Source: a candidate division WOR-3 bacterium
Lineage (GTDB): Bacteria; Hydrothermota; Tepidihabitantia; Tepidihabitantales; Tepidihabitantaceae
Length of the DNA stretch: 64,000 nucleotides
Assembly: GCA_965649295.1 (NCBI GenBank)
Contig: CBFGKH010000007.1
Location: 96,230 to 160,229 of the forward strand
Reading direction: 5' to 3'
Shown here: positions 1 to 9,243 of the stretch, in pieces
Layout: every line of letters starts with the position of its first letter
Numbering within the stretch: the first letter of the stretch is position 1
The notes under the pieces: generated by a model
What the model was told of the DNA's origin: nothing
The model's database searches: none
Seen by the model: only the letters and a program-made list of their open reading frames with translations
Made by a program: the position numbers and the translations under genes

Positions 1-115
1 ACTGGCGCTTGGCCGGCAGGCCACCGGGCCGTGAGCGTGACGCTTGGGATCGAGCAATCGAGAAACTACGCGGTCGGCCGGGCACAAGCAGCGGAAACGA
101 AGGCGTAGCTAGCAG

Positions 116-712
116 ATGACAATGGCAGGAGACGACCGAGTTATTGGTCGGTGCCGAATCTGCAACGAGCCAATGAAAGCCGGACAGGTCTTCTGTTTCG
201 CCTGTGGCGCACGACCGAATGAGCGCGCACCGCATCCCGGGTTTCGATTCGGTCTCGGCACCTTCGCCGTACTCGCAGTTGCCTGGTTACTGCTGGCTGG
301 GCTGGTGGTTGTTCCGATTGTCTCAGGCCAGTCCTGGCGGACAGTGCTGGGGCGACCGGCGACTGCCGCAAGTGACGATGCTGACGAGGTCAGAGCTGCC
401 GCCAATCTGACTGCCCAATATCAGCGCCGGGTGAATCTGCTGCTGCGCGAGGTCGCCCACATTAGGCATGGCGGCGGCCGTCGTGCGTCGGTCGACTCGC
501 TGGCCGCGATACTCGACTGGGCCCGGGTTCAGCTCCAAGCAACCCGACAGATGGCCGGCGTCTTTGCCGTCGTCACTGACTCCGAAGCCCAGAGCGACGT
601 ACAGCGGTTTCTCGACGACCGGCTCCACAAGATACAGTCGCGGCTCGATCAAGTTTCGCCTGGCAGCCGCTACCAGCCTGCGGCCGCCCGCGCTGGAACC
701 GCGCTGCCCTGA
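116..712 (+). CDS. Zinc-ribbon membrane protein (N-terminal CxxC..CxxC, one TM helix, helical C-terminus)
   Basis: CRIC...FCFACGA motif followed by hydrophobic segment; same layout as 17541..18062. Confidence 0.6.
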   Translation: MTMAGDDRVIGRCRICNEPMKAGQVFCFACGARPNERAPHPGFRFGLGTFAVLAVAWLLLAGLVVVPIVSGQSWRTVLGRPATAASDDADEVRAAANLTAQYQRRVNLLLREVAHIRHGGGRRASVDSLAAILDWARVQLQATRQMAGVFAVVTDSEAQSDVQRFLDDRLHKIQSRLDQVSPGSRYQPAAARAGTALP

Positions 713-1024
713 CCGCGACGCGAGCCAGTCAGGGCAGGCTGTTCTCAGCCGTGTGCCGTGCCGCTGACAGTCGGGACAAGCTGCCAAGCTTCTGTCGCGC
801 GGGCAAACGCGGCCAGGGTCGAGTCCTTATTGCCGCCGCGGCGACCGTGAAGGCCATGGACAGCGAAGAATCAGTTAGCCGGTCGGTCGAACCAGAGAAA
901 CATGGTCGGCGCTACTGCGTCGCGTCTAGCCCGGCAAGTGGAGTTGGTTCAGCGGGAGCGAAGCTGGCGAACTGAGGCGTGGTCTTGTTTAAACACATCT
1001 GTGGCCAGGGATAGCCGTCGGGGC

Positions 1025-1052
1025 TTGACAGCATTATGTCAGCATCTATGAT
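1025..1052 (+). promoter_or_regulatory. sigma70-type promoter with overlapping TGACA-N6-TGTCA inverted repeat
   Basis: TTGACA 1025-1030, TATGAT 1047-1052; tgaca gcatta tgtca 1026-1041; RBS aaggagg 1061-1067. Confidence 0.55.
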
Positions 1053-1072
1053 TGGCCACAAAGGAGGACTGT

Positions 1073-1384
1073 GTGTATTGTAAGAACTGTGGTGCGGAGA
1101 TTAGCGACAACGCCGACGTCTGTGTCAAGTGCGGCGTGGCCGTGACGAAGCCAATTGAGAAGCCCGAGAAGCTGCCCGGCCAGAAGGATTGGCTGACAGC
1201 GCTGCTACTTTCGATATTCCTCGGACAGTTGGGCGTGGACCGGTTCTATCTGGGCTATGTCGGGCTGGGAATCATCAAGTTACTGACCGCGGGCGGGTGT
1301 GGTATCTGGTGGTTGATTGATGTCATCATTATTGCCGGCAACAACCTGAAGGACGCCCAGGGCAGACCTTTGTACAAGAGCTAG
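1073..1384 (+). CDS. Zinc-ribbon + TM2 domain protein
   Basis: GTG start after aaggagg; YCKNCG..VCVKCG, then TM2 signature LLSIFLGQLGVDRFYLG..KLLT.GGCGIWWLID. Confidence 0.85.
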   Translation: MYCKNCGAEISDNADVCVKCGVAVTKPIEKPEKLPGQKDWLTALLLSIFLGQLGVDRFYLGYVGLGIIKLLTAGGCGIWWLIDVIIIAGNNLKDAQGRPLYKS

Positions 1385-1397
1385 CAGAGAGCAGGTC

Positions 1398-1790
1398 GTG
1401 CAGCGACAGCAGCTTGTGACTGCGGCTTTGCTTTCGGCCGCAGTTGTTCTGCTGATAGTGATTCCGCCGTCATTCTTCGAGCGGCTTCCTTCGGTCTGTC
1501 TCCACCAATGGTTGTTTCGACTGGTCGGATTACGGGGGGCAGCTTGCTGCCCGGGCTGCGGTAGCGTGCGGGCGTTATCGCACCTGTTTCACGGTCAGAT
1601 TGCCCAGGCAGTCAGGTACAACGTCAACTGCCTGTTGATTGCGCCGCTCGTCATCGGTCTCATTGCCCTCAATTTTGGTCGCTGGCTGCACGGCCGGATA
1701 ACAAGTCAGAGCCGGATTACGGCACTCCGTGCTGGCGACTTGCCGGGTCGCATCGTCGAGCCGGATTGTGAGTCTTCGCGTATCATGTAA
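1398..1790 (+). CDS. DUF2752-like membrane protein
   Basis: CL...CPGCGSVRAL..LFHG.I..A.RYN motif; commonly found next to TM2 genes. Confidence 0.7.
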   Translation: MQRQQLVTAALLSAAVVLLIVIPPSFFERLPSVCLHQWLFRLVGLRGAACCPGCGSVRALSHLFHGQIAQAVRYNVNCLLIAPLVIGLIALNFGRWLHGRITSQSRITALRAGDLPGRIVEPDCESSRIM

Positions 1791-2289
1791 CTACCTTTCC
1801 GTCCGAACCCAGCCGGACCGTTCTCCATTCGTAGTTTCCGTGCTTGAGGACACGGCGAATCGAATCCTGAATCCGCTCGCGCCGCTTATCGCGCGCTGGG
1901 CCGTCAAGAAGCACGAGCCTTCGGACCGACTCGCGTAGCGTCATACCGTCGAATACCACGAAGTCAACTGGGTCGAACATCGGCTTTAGGTCCTGTGGAT
2001 AATAGCCGAGTCTGCTGATTGTGGGAACGCGCTTCTTGAGCATCGCCGGCAGTCGCCGTCGGCCCATCTCCTGCGCGCGTCGGCGCAGTTCTGCCTTTTG
2101 TTCCTCAAACCGCTCTTCGGCAAGGTCCATGCGCCGCTTTCTGTCTCGGAGTTCATCAAGCCACGTGCGTTTGGGCTTTGCTCGATACGATAGTTTCATC
2201 TCGCTGAGACGGTGGATTCCGCCACAACGCGGGCAGACGACTAGTATGCGCTGGAAGTCTTGGAATGCAGCCAGAATCGGAGTTCTCAT
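1783..2289 (-). CDS. Holliday-junction-resolvase-like (Endonuc_Holl) protein, possibly catalytically degenerate
   Basis: CPRC + coiled coil + DLKPMFDPVDFVVFDG; ATG at 2289 overlaps upstream stop (ATGA). Confidence 0.7.
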   Translation of the reverse strand: MRTPILAAFQDFQRILVVCPRCGGIHRLSEMKLSYRAKPKRTWLDELRDRKRRMDLAEERFEEQKAELRRRAQEMGRRRLPAMLKKRVPTISRLGYYPQDLKPMFDPVDFVVFDGMTLRESVRRLVLLDGPARDKRRERIQDSIRRVLKHGNYEWRTVRLGSDGKVVT

Positions 2290-2783
2290 AGCTTCCCTCG
2301 GTAAGTGGCCCAATTGACCTTCCCGCGTTCAACCGCGTCTCTTATCTGCTTCTGAGTTGGGGTGAGTTGTGCACCGCCAGTCTTCACATCGAAGAAGAGG
2401 ATTGAGTCAACTCTGCCGTTAGCAGCGGCAAGACCGTTGAACGCAACGTAGTCAATCGGCTCAAAGAGCGGCCTGAGGTCGCGGCAGTCCATGTCGAACC
2501 CGCTCATCGCGGGGGCTACCTTTTCAAGTATCTTGCCGATGTTGATTGAGACCGTGGCCGTTTGAGAACGTTCCTTGAGCTTGCGCCGTGCTTCGCGCAG
2601 GTTCTTTCTCCTCTCTTCCAGGCTGGCTTCCCATTCGTCCAGCACCGCTTTGGCTTCTGCGGGGACCGGGTCGCCAATGTAGAACATCACGGCGTCCGCG
2701 AGGGAGAACATCTCCCCGCTGTCCGGGCACTCTGCCAGTATTCGGCGGTCGGCCTGCAGCTCGGCGATAGTATTCTGTTTCAT
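2286..2783 (-). CDS. Holliday-junction-resolvase-like (Endonuc_Holl) endonuclease
   Basis: DLRPLFEPIDYVAFNG...FFDVKTGGAQLTPTQKQIRDAVERGKVNW, a PD-(D/E)xK pattern. Confidence 0.75.
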   Translation of the reverse strand: MKQNTIAELQADRRILAECPDSGEMFSLADAVMFYIGDPVPAEAKAVLDEWEASLEERRKNLREARRKLKERSQTATVSINIGKILEKVAPAMSGFDMDCRDLRPLFEPIDYVAFNGLAAANGRVDSILFFDVKTGGAQLTPTQKQIRDAVERGKVNWATYRGKL

Positions 2784-2983
2784 TCGTTTCTCCAGTTTCT
2801 CCCAGTCTCGTCCAAGCGGGACAAAAGCGCGGAGCTGTCGCCCCTGTCGGGAGCATAGGAGTGCGAGTGAGCGAAGTCAAGCAACGATAACGTCTGTCAT
2901 GTCATTGGAATATGTGTACTTTAACATTGGAAATAGCGGGCAGCCGGATGCGCAAGCGGTGGGACGTGGTACGTGGCCAGCGG

Positions 2984-3350
2984 TCAGCGGGAGCCGGTCG
3001 CCGGTCTGATTCGGACGCCGTCGCGGGTGATGATTATGAGACGGCCTCGTATTCTGTCCTCGGACAACGACTGGAAGTGACGCCGGAACGTCGCGGTTGC
3101 CTGTGCGACGGTCATCCGGTAGAGCTTGGCAACCACTATGCCGCCGCACTTTGCAGGTGGGAATCTGAGCGAGCGCGTGAAGTCCTTGTCCATTGTGACG
3201 ATAACCAGTTGCTCCCTGACCGCCCGTTCGAAGACCGCTTCGTCGGGTGCACCGGCCAGTTCAGTATGTTTAGTGTCGAAGACTGAGTGGCCGGCAGCGC
3301 AGATACTCTACGATCGGGTCGTAGAGATTCTCATTCGCCAGTATCCTCAC
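2984..3350 (-). pseudogene. DUF5615 PIN-like toxin, frameshifted near 3296
   Basis: GTG 3350 gives VRILANENLYDPIVEYLR; the continuation AGHSVFD..GAPDEAVF..VIVTMDKDF lies in another frame. Confidence 0.75.
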
Positions 3351-3571
3351 ATCGTGACGCCGGCTTCTTCTTCGGCCAGCATTGCCGCATAGCCGATACA
3401 GGCTTGGATGTCGTTATCGGTGAGGTCAGGATAAGCCCTTCTGATGCCGTCGTATGTCTCGCCGGCCGCTAGCAGGTCGAGGATGATATGGACAGGAATC
3501 CGGGTCCCTCTAATACAGGGCTTGCCGCTGCAGATCCGCGCGTCAGAGGAAATTCTGTCTTGCCAGAGCAT
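3347..3571 (-). CDS. DUF433 family antitoxin
   Basis: ICSGKPCIRGTRIPV..ILDLLAAG....I..AYPDLT..DIQACI.YA. Confidence 0.9.
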   Translation of the reverse strand: MLWQDRISSDARICSGKPCIRGTRIPVHIILDLLAAGETYDGIRRAYPDLTDNDIQACIGYAAMLAEEEAGVTM

Positions 3572-4015
3572 GATCTAGTCTATGTCGAGCACATAGGCAG
3601 TCGAGGGCGAAGAGTGCGTGCGCGGATGTCAGCCGTCAGAATGTGTCCGTGCGTCAAACAGGGAAACGCGGAGCGAAGCAGCCGCTGGTCTTGCGGTAGA
3701 TGCGGACGAGGAGGAGCATCACCGGGACTGGGATGAGCACGCCGACTGGTCACTTACTCGCTTTAGCGCAAGCGATTACGCAAATCTTGACATGAGACCG
3801 GCGGTACACATAATTAGCTCGTTTTGACTGGCCTGGAAGGGTAGGCCGTGATGCGCTGCAAGCGGATGCTGCAATGGCATCCATGTTCGAATCGTTGGTC
3901 CCTGACGACAAACTGAGTCCGTAAAGGCTGTGTCGGTTCTGCTAGTGGGCAGATGGGCAGCGCCGGCGCACCGAAGGGGTTATGGCGTTGCTCGTGATGG
4001 GAGGATCAAATCAGC

Positions 4016-4792
4016 ATGATGGCGCGGCTTAGTCTTGTCCTGGCTGCAGCCTTGTCAATAGCTGTGGCTGATGTGGTGATAACGAAGAATGATGCCTTCC
4101 GGGGCGAGATTGTGTCGGTGGATGCTATTGCCACTGATACCTTTGTTGTACGGTTGAAAATAGCCACGGGCGGCATCCGCGTAATTCCGGTGGCAGACAT
4201 AATCGAGGTGAGAACACCTGACCAGAGTAAGGCTGACTGGATTAGTGGAACCGTACCTAGTATGAAGGTTGTCGTGGGTGAAGACGGCGAAGTGCCACCC
4301 CTGACAATTCTGCCGACGCAGCCCGATTCCAATTCGTTGGCGAAGGATGACCCGATTCGAGCAGGAGCATGGTTGCTGGGTGGCGGCGCCAGCCTTTCAG
4401 TGCAGTCGGTGGCCAATGTAACCAGCACGACATTGTCTATCACACCAGGCATTAGTTACTTTGTTGCCCGTGGGATTGGGCTTGGTGGCGAGCTGAACGT
4501 CGCATCCACGGCTGTGGGCGGGAATTCAAATTCCACCACGTTTCTCGGGCTCAAGGCAACCGGTGCATTCGGCCCGAAGGACAGTAGGTTGTTCATGCTT
4601 GCCGAGTTCGGGCTTGGCACGGTTGGTAGTGGCGGTTCGACGACCAGAACTACTCTGGGCATAGGCGTCCTGCCGGTGGCAGCCAGCCATCTGGGCGTTC
4701 CTCTCAAACTTGCGCTTCATCTTGACCGCACCGGCGGGGCGACACTCTCAACCTGGCTGTTGTCGGTTGGCATGTGTGCGCTGGTGCATTGA
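4016..4792 (+). CDS. Secreted protein with probable C-terminal outer-membrane beta-barrel
   Basis: Signal peptide, RBS ggagg, alternating beta-strand pattern (GAWLLGGGAS, ITPGISYFVA, GLGGELNV). Confidence 0.55.
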   Translation: MMARLSLVLAAALSIAVADVVITKNDAFRGEIVSVDAIATDTFVVRLKIATGGIRVIPVADIIEVRTPDQSKADWISGTVPSMKVVVGEDGEVPPLTILPTQPDSNSLAKDDPIRAGAWLLGGGASLSVQSVANVTSTTLSITPGISYFVARGIGLGGELNVASTAVGGNSNSTTFLGLKATGAFGPKDSRLFMLAEFGLGTVGSGGSTTRTTLGIGVLPVAASHLGVPLKLALHLDRTGGATLSTWLLSVGMCALVH

Positions 4793-4845
4793 CACGCGGG
4801 AGTTTAGTTAGAGAGCACTGCTAGCACAAAGAAAGGAGGTAGGCG

Positions 4846-5798
4846 ATGATCAAGCTGCGGAGACGGGACGATTCCGGGAAGATAACCGAATGGGAGGTCA
4901 CATACGGTGAGCTTGAAATGGGGTTGATGCTGAACAAGATTGATCCCCTAATTGAAGTCTGGTCAGACACGCTGACCCAGGGCCAGTGGAAACCGGTCCA
5001 CGAGTTGACGCTGTACAAGGAGTTCGTTGGCGAACGTCAAGACAAGGGAGAGGGCAAGTGGACGTGCGGGGTGTGTGGCAGACAGTGCAAGGGCACCAAC
5101 GACCGCTGCTGGTACTGCAACATGCCAAAAGGCAGCGGACAAACAGCAGCAGCAATAGAACAGTCTTACACGGCTCTCGGCACACTAGAGTCGGATAGTC
5201 AATATAGTGGCTATCGTAGATTCTCCGCAGGTTTGTTCGCCCTCTTGCTCCTAGTATTTGCGCTGCCATTCGTGCGTTTGACATGCGGCGGCGACGAAGT
5301 GGCGAGATTCTCAGGCTATGAGCTGGCTGTCGGGAAAACCGTAGAGACTTCGAGTACCGGTGGCCATGAACAGCGCACGGTGCGCCCCAATTTTCTTGCG
5401 ATACTCGTCATTGCTACTGCGATCGCTGGTCTTTCCCTGTGCGTGATGTCAGACCGCGCAGGTGCTGTGGCTAGGACAGTGGCAAGTGGGATTGGGATAC
5501 TGCTTCTGTTTGTTCTATCGAGCAGCGTCACTGATGAAATCGCCAAGGAAGGGGGGGCGTACTCAAGGTGGAATTCCTTGGAGGCTACTACCTGAGCCTG
5601 TTTCTGTTTCTAGGCGCAAGTGTTCTCAACTTTCTGTCACTGCTTCCCAAGCCCGTGGCAGATGCGACTCCGGCAACCGGTCCGCCGACGCGATCTACGT
5701 CCAGACAGGTGAATTACTGTCCGAATTGCGGTAAACCCGTTTCGTCGGGGGATACCTTCTGCTCTAATTGCGGTGACCGGGTACGAGAAGATGTCTGA
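4846..5798 (+). pseudogene. Membrane protein (GYF_2-like N-terminus, RanBP2-like Zn finger, TM helices, C-terminal zinc ribbon) split by a G7 tract
   Basis: ORFs 4846..5595 and 5568..5798 join into EGGGVLKVEFLGGYY if the G7 at 5551-5557 were G8. Confidence 0.65.
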
Positions 5799-5816
5799 AT
5801 TCAAAGGAGGTAAGCC

Positions 5817-6110
5817 ATGAACAGACTGTCGTTCGGTTTATGCGTGGGTTTCATCCTCACACTTGTGGGAATTGACTGGGTTTGGCGGGCGCTTTACGGA
5901 ATCCTGGACGCTGCATTCGGGCGCAGACAGGTTCAAACGTTCAACATTGTACTCCTACTGGGAAGCGTGGTCGCTGTGTTTGCGGGTCTCTGGATGCTGG
6001 CGCGAGCGACGCAGCCCGGCAGCAGCGGTGCCGGACAATCTGTCTGCGCCTGTGGCGCAAGAGTAGCGCCCAACGCTAAGTTCTGCGCGAACTGCGGCCG
6101 ACAGGTCTGA
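5817..6110 (+). CDS. Two-TM protein with C-terminal zinc ribbon
   Basis: RBS aaggagg; CACGA..AKFCANCG. Confidence 0.7.
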   Translation: MNRLSFGLCVGFILTLVGIDWVWRALYGILDAAFGRRQVQTFNIVLLLGSVVAVFAGLWMLARATQPGSSGAGQSVCACGARVAPNAKFCANCGRQV

Positions 6111-6135
6111 CAAACAAACACAGGGAGGTCGTGCG

Positions 6136-6210
6136 TTGCCTAGCTGTGCTAGGTGTGCGGCCTTAGTCAAGGACGGTCAGAAGTTCTGTCACCGGTGTGG
6201 CGCGGATCTG
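6136..6210 (+). pseudogene. Truncated zinc-ribbon gene (first ~25 codons only)
   Basis: RBS gggagg; [18 protein letters not shown] then reads into the antisense of acr3. Confidence 0.55.
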
Positions 6211-6591
6211 GCCGATGAGGCCGCGGAAGAGCACACCGAGGAAGAGCAGCGCGATGGCGTACATCGTGAACGGCTTGACCGCCCAGTTGACAAAGAGCGT
6301 GAGCCCGACCGGCTTGGCGCTGCGGCCGGCCTTGAGCACCTCGGCGAAGTCTATCTTCACCATGATGGGATACATCATGAAGAAGAGGCAGACGGCAATC
6401 GGGATGGAGATGACCGGCGCGCCGCCGGAATAGATAGCGAGGCCGTCCAGAGTGCGCGCGACCGAAGGCGCAAGCCGGCCGAGCAGGATGCCCGCGCCGA
6501 TGCAGGCCAGCACCCAGACGGTCAGGTATTTCTCAAAGACGCTCAGGCCTTTGGGTTTCTTCTCGATACGGGCTTCAGTGACGGGGGACAC
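6163..6591 (-). pseudogene. acr3: ACR3 family arsenite efflux pump, 3'-truncated after ~127 aa
   Basis: [44 protein letters not shown]; homology ends near 6211, whereas full ACR3 proteins are roughly 350 aa or more. Confidence 0.85.
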
Positions 6592-6865
6592 CTGCCTGCC
6601 TCCTCAGGTGGACACTGACCGCGGCGAGCCAGCGCCGGCCGTAGTTGATAATCAGCGAGCCGAGCGCGCCGAAGATGCCGGCGACACCGATGCCGACCGG
6701 GCAGCCGGGATTGCCGCAACAGGGACAGACGCCACCGCCAATTGCAGCATAGGCGGCCGAGATAGCCGCCCAGAGCCCGAAGTAACGGAACAGGCCGGCG
6801 AGTGTCCGGGCAGCCCGGCCGCGGGGAACGACAGGCGTGGCCCGGGCAGAAGAAGGCAGAGCCAC
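6575..6865 (-). CDS. Small membrane protein with [10 protein letters not shown] motif
   Basis: Two hydrophobic segments flanking a Cys cluster; lies within the ars operon. Confidence 0.55.
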   Translation of the reverse strand: MALPSSARATPVVPRGRAARTLAGLFRYFGLWAAISAAYAAIGGGVCPCCGNPGCPVGIGVAGIFGALGSLIINYGRRWLAAVSVHLRRQAGVPRH

Positions 6866-6876
6866 CTGTTCAGCAC

Positions 6877-7278
6877 TCAGGTCTGGCGGGCGGCCAGCGC
6901 GTCTGCTGTCGCGCCGACCACTCGGGCGATGTCGTCGTTGGTGTGGTCGAAGGCGTGACGCTTTTCGATTCCTAGCTCGGTGACGACGACATGGACCGCC
7001 GGGCTGACGCCGATGTTCTCCAGACTCTTGCGGACGCAGGCAACCGGACAGCCGTCAATTGCCACACAGGGCTTCGCCTGCGCGCTCCTGACGAAGCTCT
7101 CCAGTTGCGCGCCGACACCGACGGCACAGTACATCGAGCCCTGGCCGTAGCCGTCAAGCGCCCGGGCCGCATCGTTGGCAATCTGGCCGACGTTGGAACC
7201 GCCGGAGCAGGCAAGCAGCAGGACGTCCCTGGCGCCGCAGGTGCAGGTCGGCTTCTGCGACGAGTCGCTGCCCGCCAT
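6877..7278 (-). CDS. DGC domain (putative zinc-binding) protein
   Basis: ACSGGSNVGQIAN..MYC..AIDGCPVAC. Confidence 0.85.
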   Translation of the reverse strand: MAGSDSSQKPTCTCGARDVLLLACSGGSNVGQIANDAARALDGYGQGSMYCAVGVGAQLESFVRSAQAKPCVAIDGCPVACVRKSLENIGVSPAVHVVVTELGIEKRHAFDHTNDDIARVVGATADALAARQT

Positions 7279-7279
7279 G

Positions 7280-7519
7280 TCAGTTTCCTCCTGCCAGCAG
7301 TTTCTTCAGCTCGTCCATGGACGGGACTTTGCCCTGCGAGACGACCTTGCCGTCAATCACGAGGCCGGGGGTCATGAAGACGCCCATGGCGGCGAACTTC
7401 TTCAGGTCGGTGACATGTTCGATGTCGGCGGCGATGTTCAGCTCGGCGAGCGCGTCGCGAACCCTTTTCTCGAGTTCCTGGCAGCGCTGGCAGCCGATTC
7501 CGAGAACCTGGACTTTCAT
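7280..7519 (-). CDS. Small redox-active disulfide protein (thioredoxin family)
   Basis: MKVQVLGIGCQRC..GVFMTPGLVIDGKVVSQGKVP; ATG at 7519 with RBS aaggag. Confidence 0.9.
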   Translation of the reverse strand: MKVQVLGIGCQRCQELEKRVRDALAELNIAADIEHVTDLKKFAAMGVFMTPGLVIDGKVVSQGKVPSMDELKKLLAGGN

Positions 7520-7536
7520 GCTGTCACTCCTTTCGG

Positions 7537-8706
7537 TTACAGCAGGCCATACAGCAGTCCAACGACGGTTGAGAGCACCACAACCAGCAGGATGTAGGTG
7601 AATGCCTTCTTCGGGCCGATGGTGCGAATGATGACAATCATCGATGGCAGGGAAAGCGCCGGGCCGGAGAGCAGTAGAGCCAGTGCCGGGCCTTTGCCCA
7701 TGCCCGAGCCAAGCAGGCCCTGCAGAATCGGGATTTCGGTCAGGGTGGCGAAGTACATCAAGGCGCCGGAGACCGAGGCGAAGAGGTTCGACCAGAGCGA
7801 GTTGCCGCCGACTAGGCCGGCAATGATGGAGTCGGGAATCACGCCCGCGTTCAGGCCGGGCCGGCCGAGCAGGAATCCGGCGACGAAGACTCCGCCGAGG
7901 AGCAGGGGCAGAATCTGCTTGGCGAATGTCCAGGTCGAGAGCACCCAGGCCCTGCGCTCGTCGGAGTTGAACCAGCGCCAGACCATCAGCAGCACAGCCA
8001 GCAGGAACGCGCCGGCGATGAACCACTTCACCGAGTAGACCGCGCTGAAGAAGCCGATTGGCTCTCTGGGTTTGCCCCAGTTGGCAAAGACGAGGAAGAG
8101 AATCATCGCGGCGAAGTAAAGCATGTTCTGCCCGAGGTTGCGCCGGGACGCTTCCGGAGAGAGTCCGGCGATGCCCGCACCTTCGGCCCGCCGGCGCTCG
8201 GACTTCAGGAAGATGAGCGCCATCAGCAGGCCGATGACGATGGAGAAGACGACCGCGCCGACTGCCCGGGCGAGTCCGAGTTCGAGACCGAGCACGCGGC
8301 CGGTCATCAGGATGGCGAGGACATTGATGGCCGGGCCGGAGTAGAGAAAGGTCGTCGCGACGCCGAGCCCGGCGCCGGCGTAGTAGATGCCCATGAACAT
8401 CGGCAGGACGGTGCAGGAGCAGACCGCGAGAATCGCGCCCGAGACCGAGGCGACAGAGTAGGCCAGCACCTTGTTCGACTTCGGGCCGAAGTACTTGAGG
8501 ACGGCTTCCTTGGAGATGAAGTTCTGGATTGCGCCGGCGATGAAGAAGGCGGGCACAAGGCAGAGGAGGACGTGGAGCCGGGCGTAGTCCTGAAGCATCA
8601 GGAAGCCTTCGAGCAGCGCACCCTGAACCCGGGCCTTCTCGACCGGCAGGAAATAGAAGAGCAGAAAGGCGGCGAGGATGACGATGAACTTCGTGCGTTC
8701 CCTCAA
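7537..8706 (-). CDS. DUF318/ArsP-like permease
   Basis: HVLLCLVPAFFIAG, AVCSCTVLPMF, FLYSGPAIN, YFATLTEIPI, LLLSGPALSLPS. Confidence 0.9.
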   Translation of the reverse strand: MRERTKFIVILAAFLLFYFLPVEKARVQGALLEGFLMLQDYARLHVLLCLVPAFFIAGAIQNFISKEAVLKYFGPKSNKVLAYSVASVSGAILAVCSCTVLPMFMGIYYAGAGLGVATTFLYSGPAINVLAILMTGRVLGLELGLARAVGAVVFSIVIGLLMALIFLKSERRRAEGAGIAGLSPEASRRNLGQNMLYFAAMILFLVFANWGKPREPIGFFSAVYSVKWFIAGAFLLAVLLMVWRWFNSDERRAWVLSTWTFAKQILPLLLGGVFVAGFLLGRPGLNAGVIPDSIIAGLVGGNSLWSNLFASVSGALMYFATLTEIPILQGLLGSGMGKGPALALLLSGPALSLPSMIVIIRTIGPKKAFTYILLVVVLSTVVGLLYGLL

Positions 8707-8709
8707 GGA

Positions 8710-9231
8710 CTACTCCCAGCCGAACTGACGGAACTTCGCGACGATGGAGTCGCGCGGATAGACGCCGATGTGGCGGAAGAGCTCGTTGCCTTCCGGGTCG
8801 TAGAAAATCTGAGTCGGAATGACCTGAATCCGGGCCTCAGCCGTCAGTTGCTTCTCCTCGTAGACGTTGATGATGCGGATGTCAACCTTGCCCTGATACT
8901 CGGCCATCATCGGTTCGAGGATGTCTTTCATCGTCTGGCAAGGAATGCACCTCTCGGAGCCGTAGTCCCACATCCGGGGCAGGACTTTGGGCCTGGGCGG
9001 CGGCTCAGGCCTAGGTTCGGGCTTCGGCTCGGGTTTAGGTGCAGCCGGTTCACTGGCGGCGACGGCCAGGGTTTCCGCCGGGGGCAGCGTCTCGGGAATC
9101 TCGCTCTGCGCGGCGAGAGAGCTGTCAGCAGCGGCTGTCTTGCCGGCGGGTTGAGGAGCATTGGGACAGCCGGGCAGCAGCGCCAGCAGCAGGACAGGTG
9201 CAAGTAAGGTGAGGGTGGACTGTTTCATCAA
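8710..9231 (-). CDS. Thioredoxin-like lipoprotein
   Basis: Lipobox LPGC, PEPK-rich linker, CIPC active site, IPTQIF. Confidence 0.85.
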   Translation of the reverse strand: MMKQSTLTLLAPVLLLALLPGCPNAPQPAGKTAAADSSLAAQSEIPETLPPAETLAVAASEPAAPKPEPKPEPRPEPPPRPKVLPRMWDYGSERCIPCQTMKDILEPMMAEYQGKVDIRIINVYEEKQLTAEARIQVIPTQIFYDPEGNELFRHIGVYPRDSIVAKFRQFGWE

Positions 9232-9243
9232 TTGGCCTCCGGA

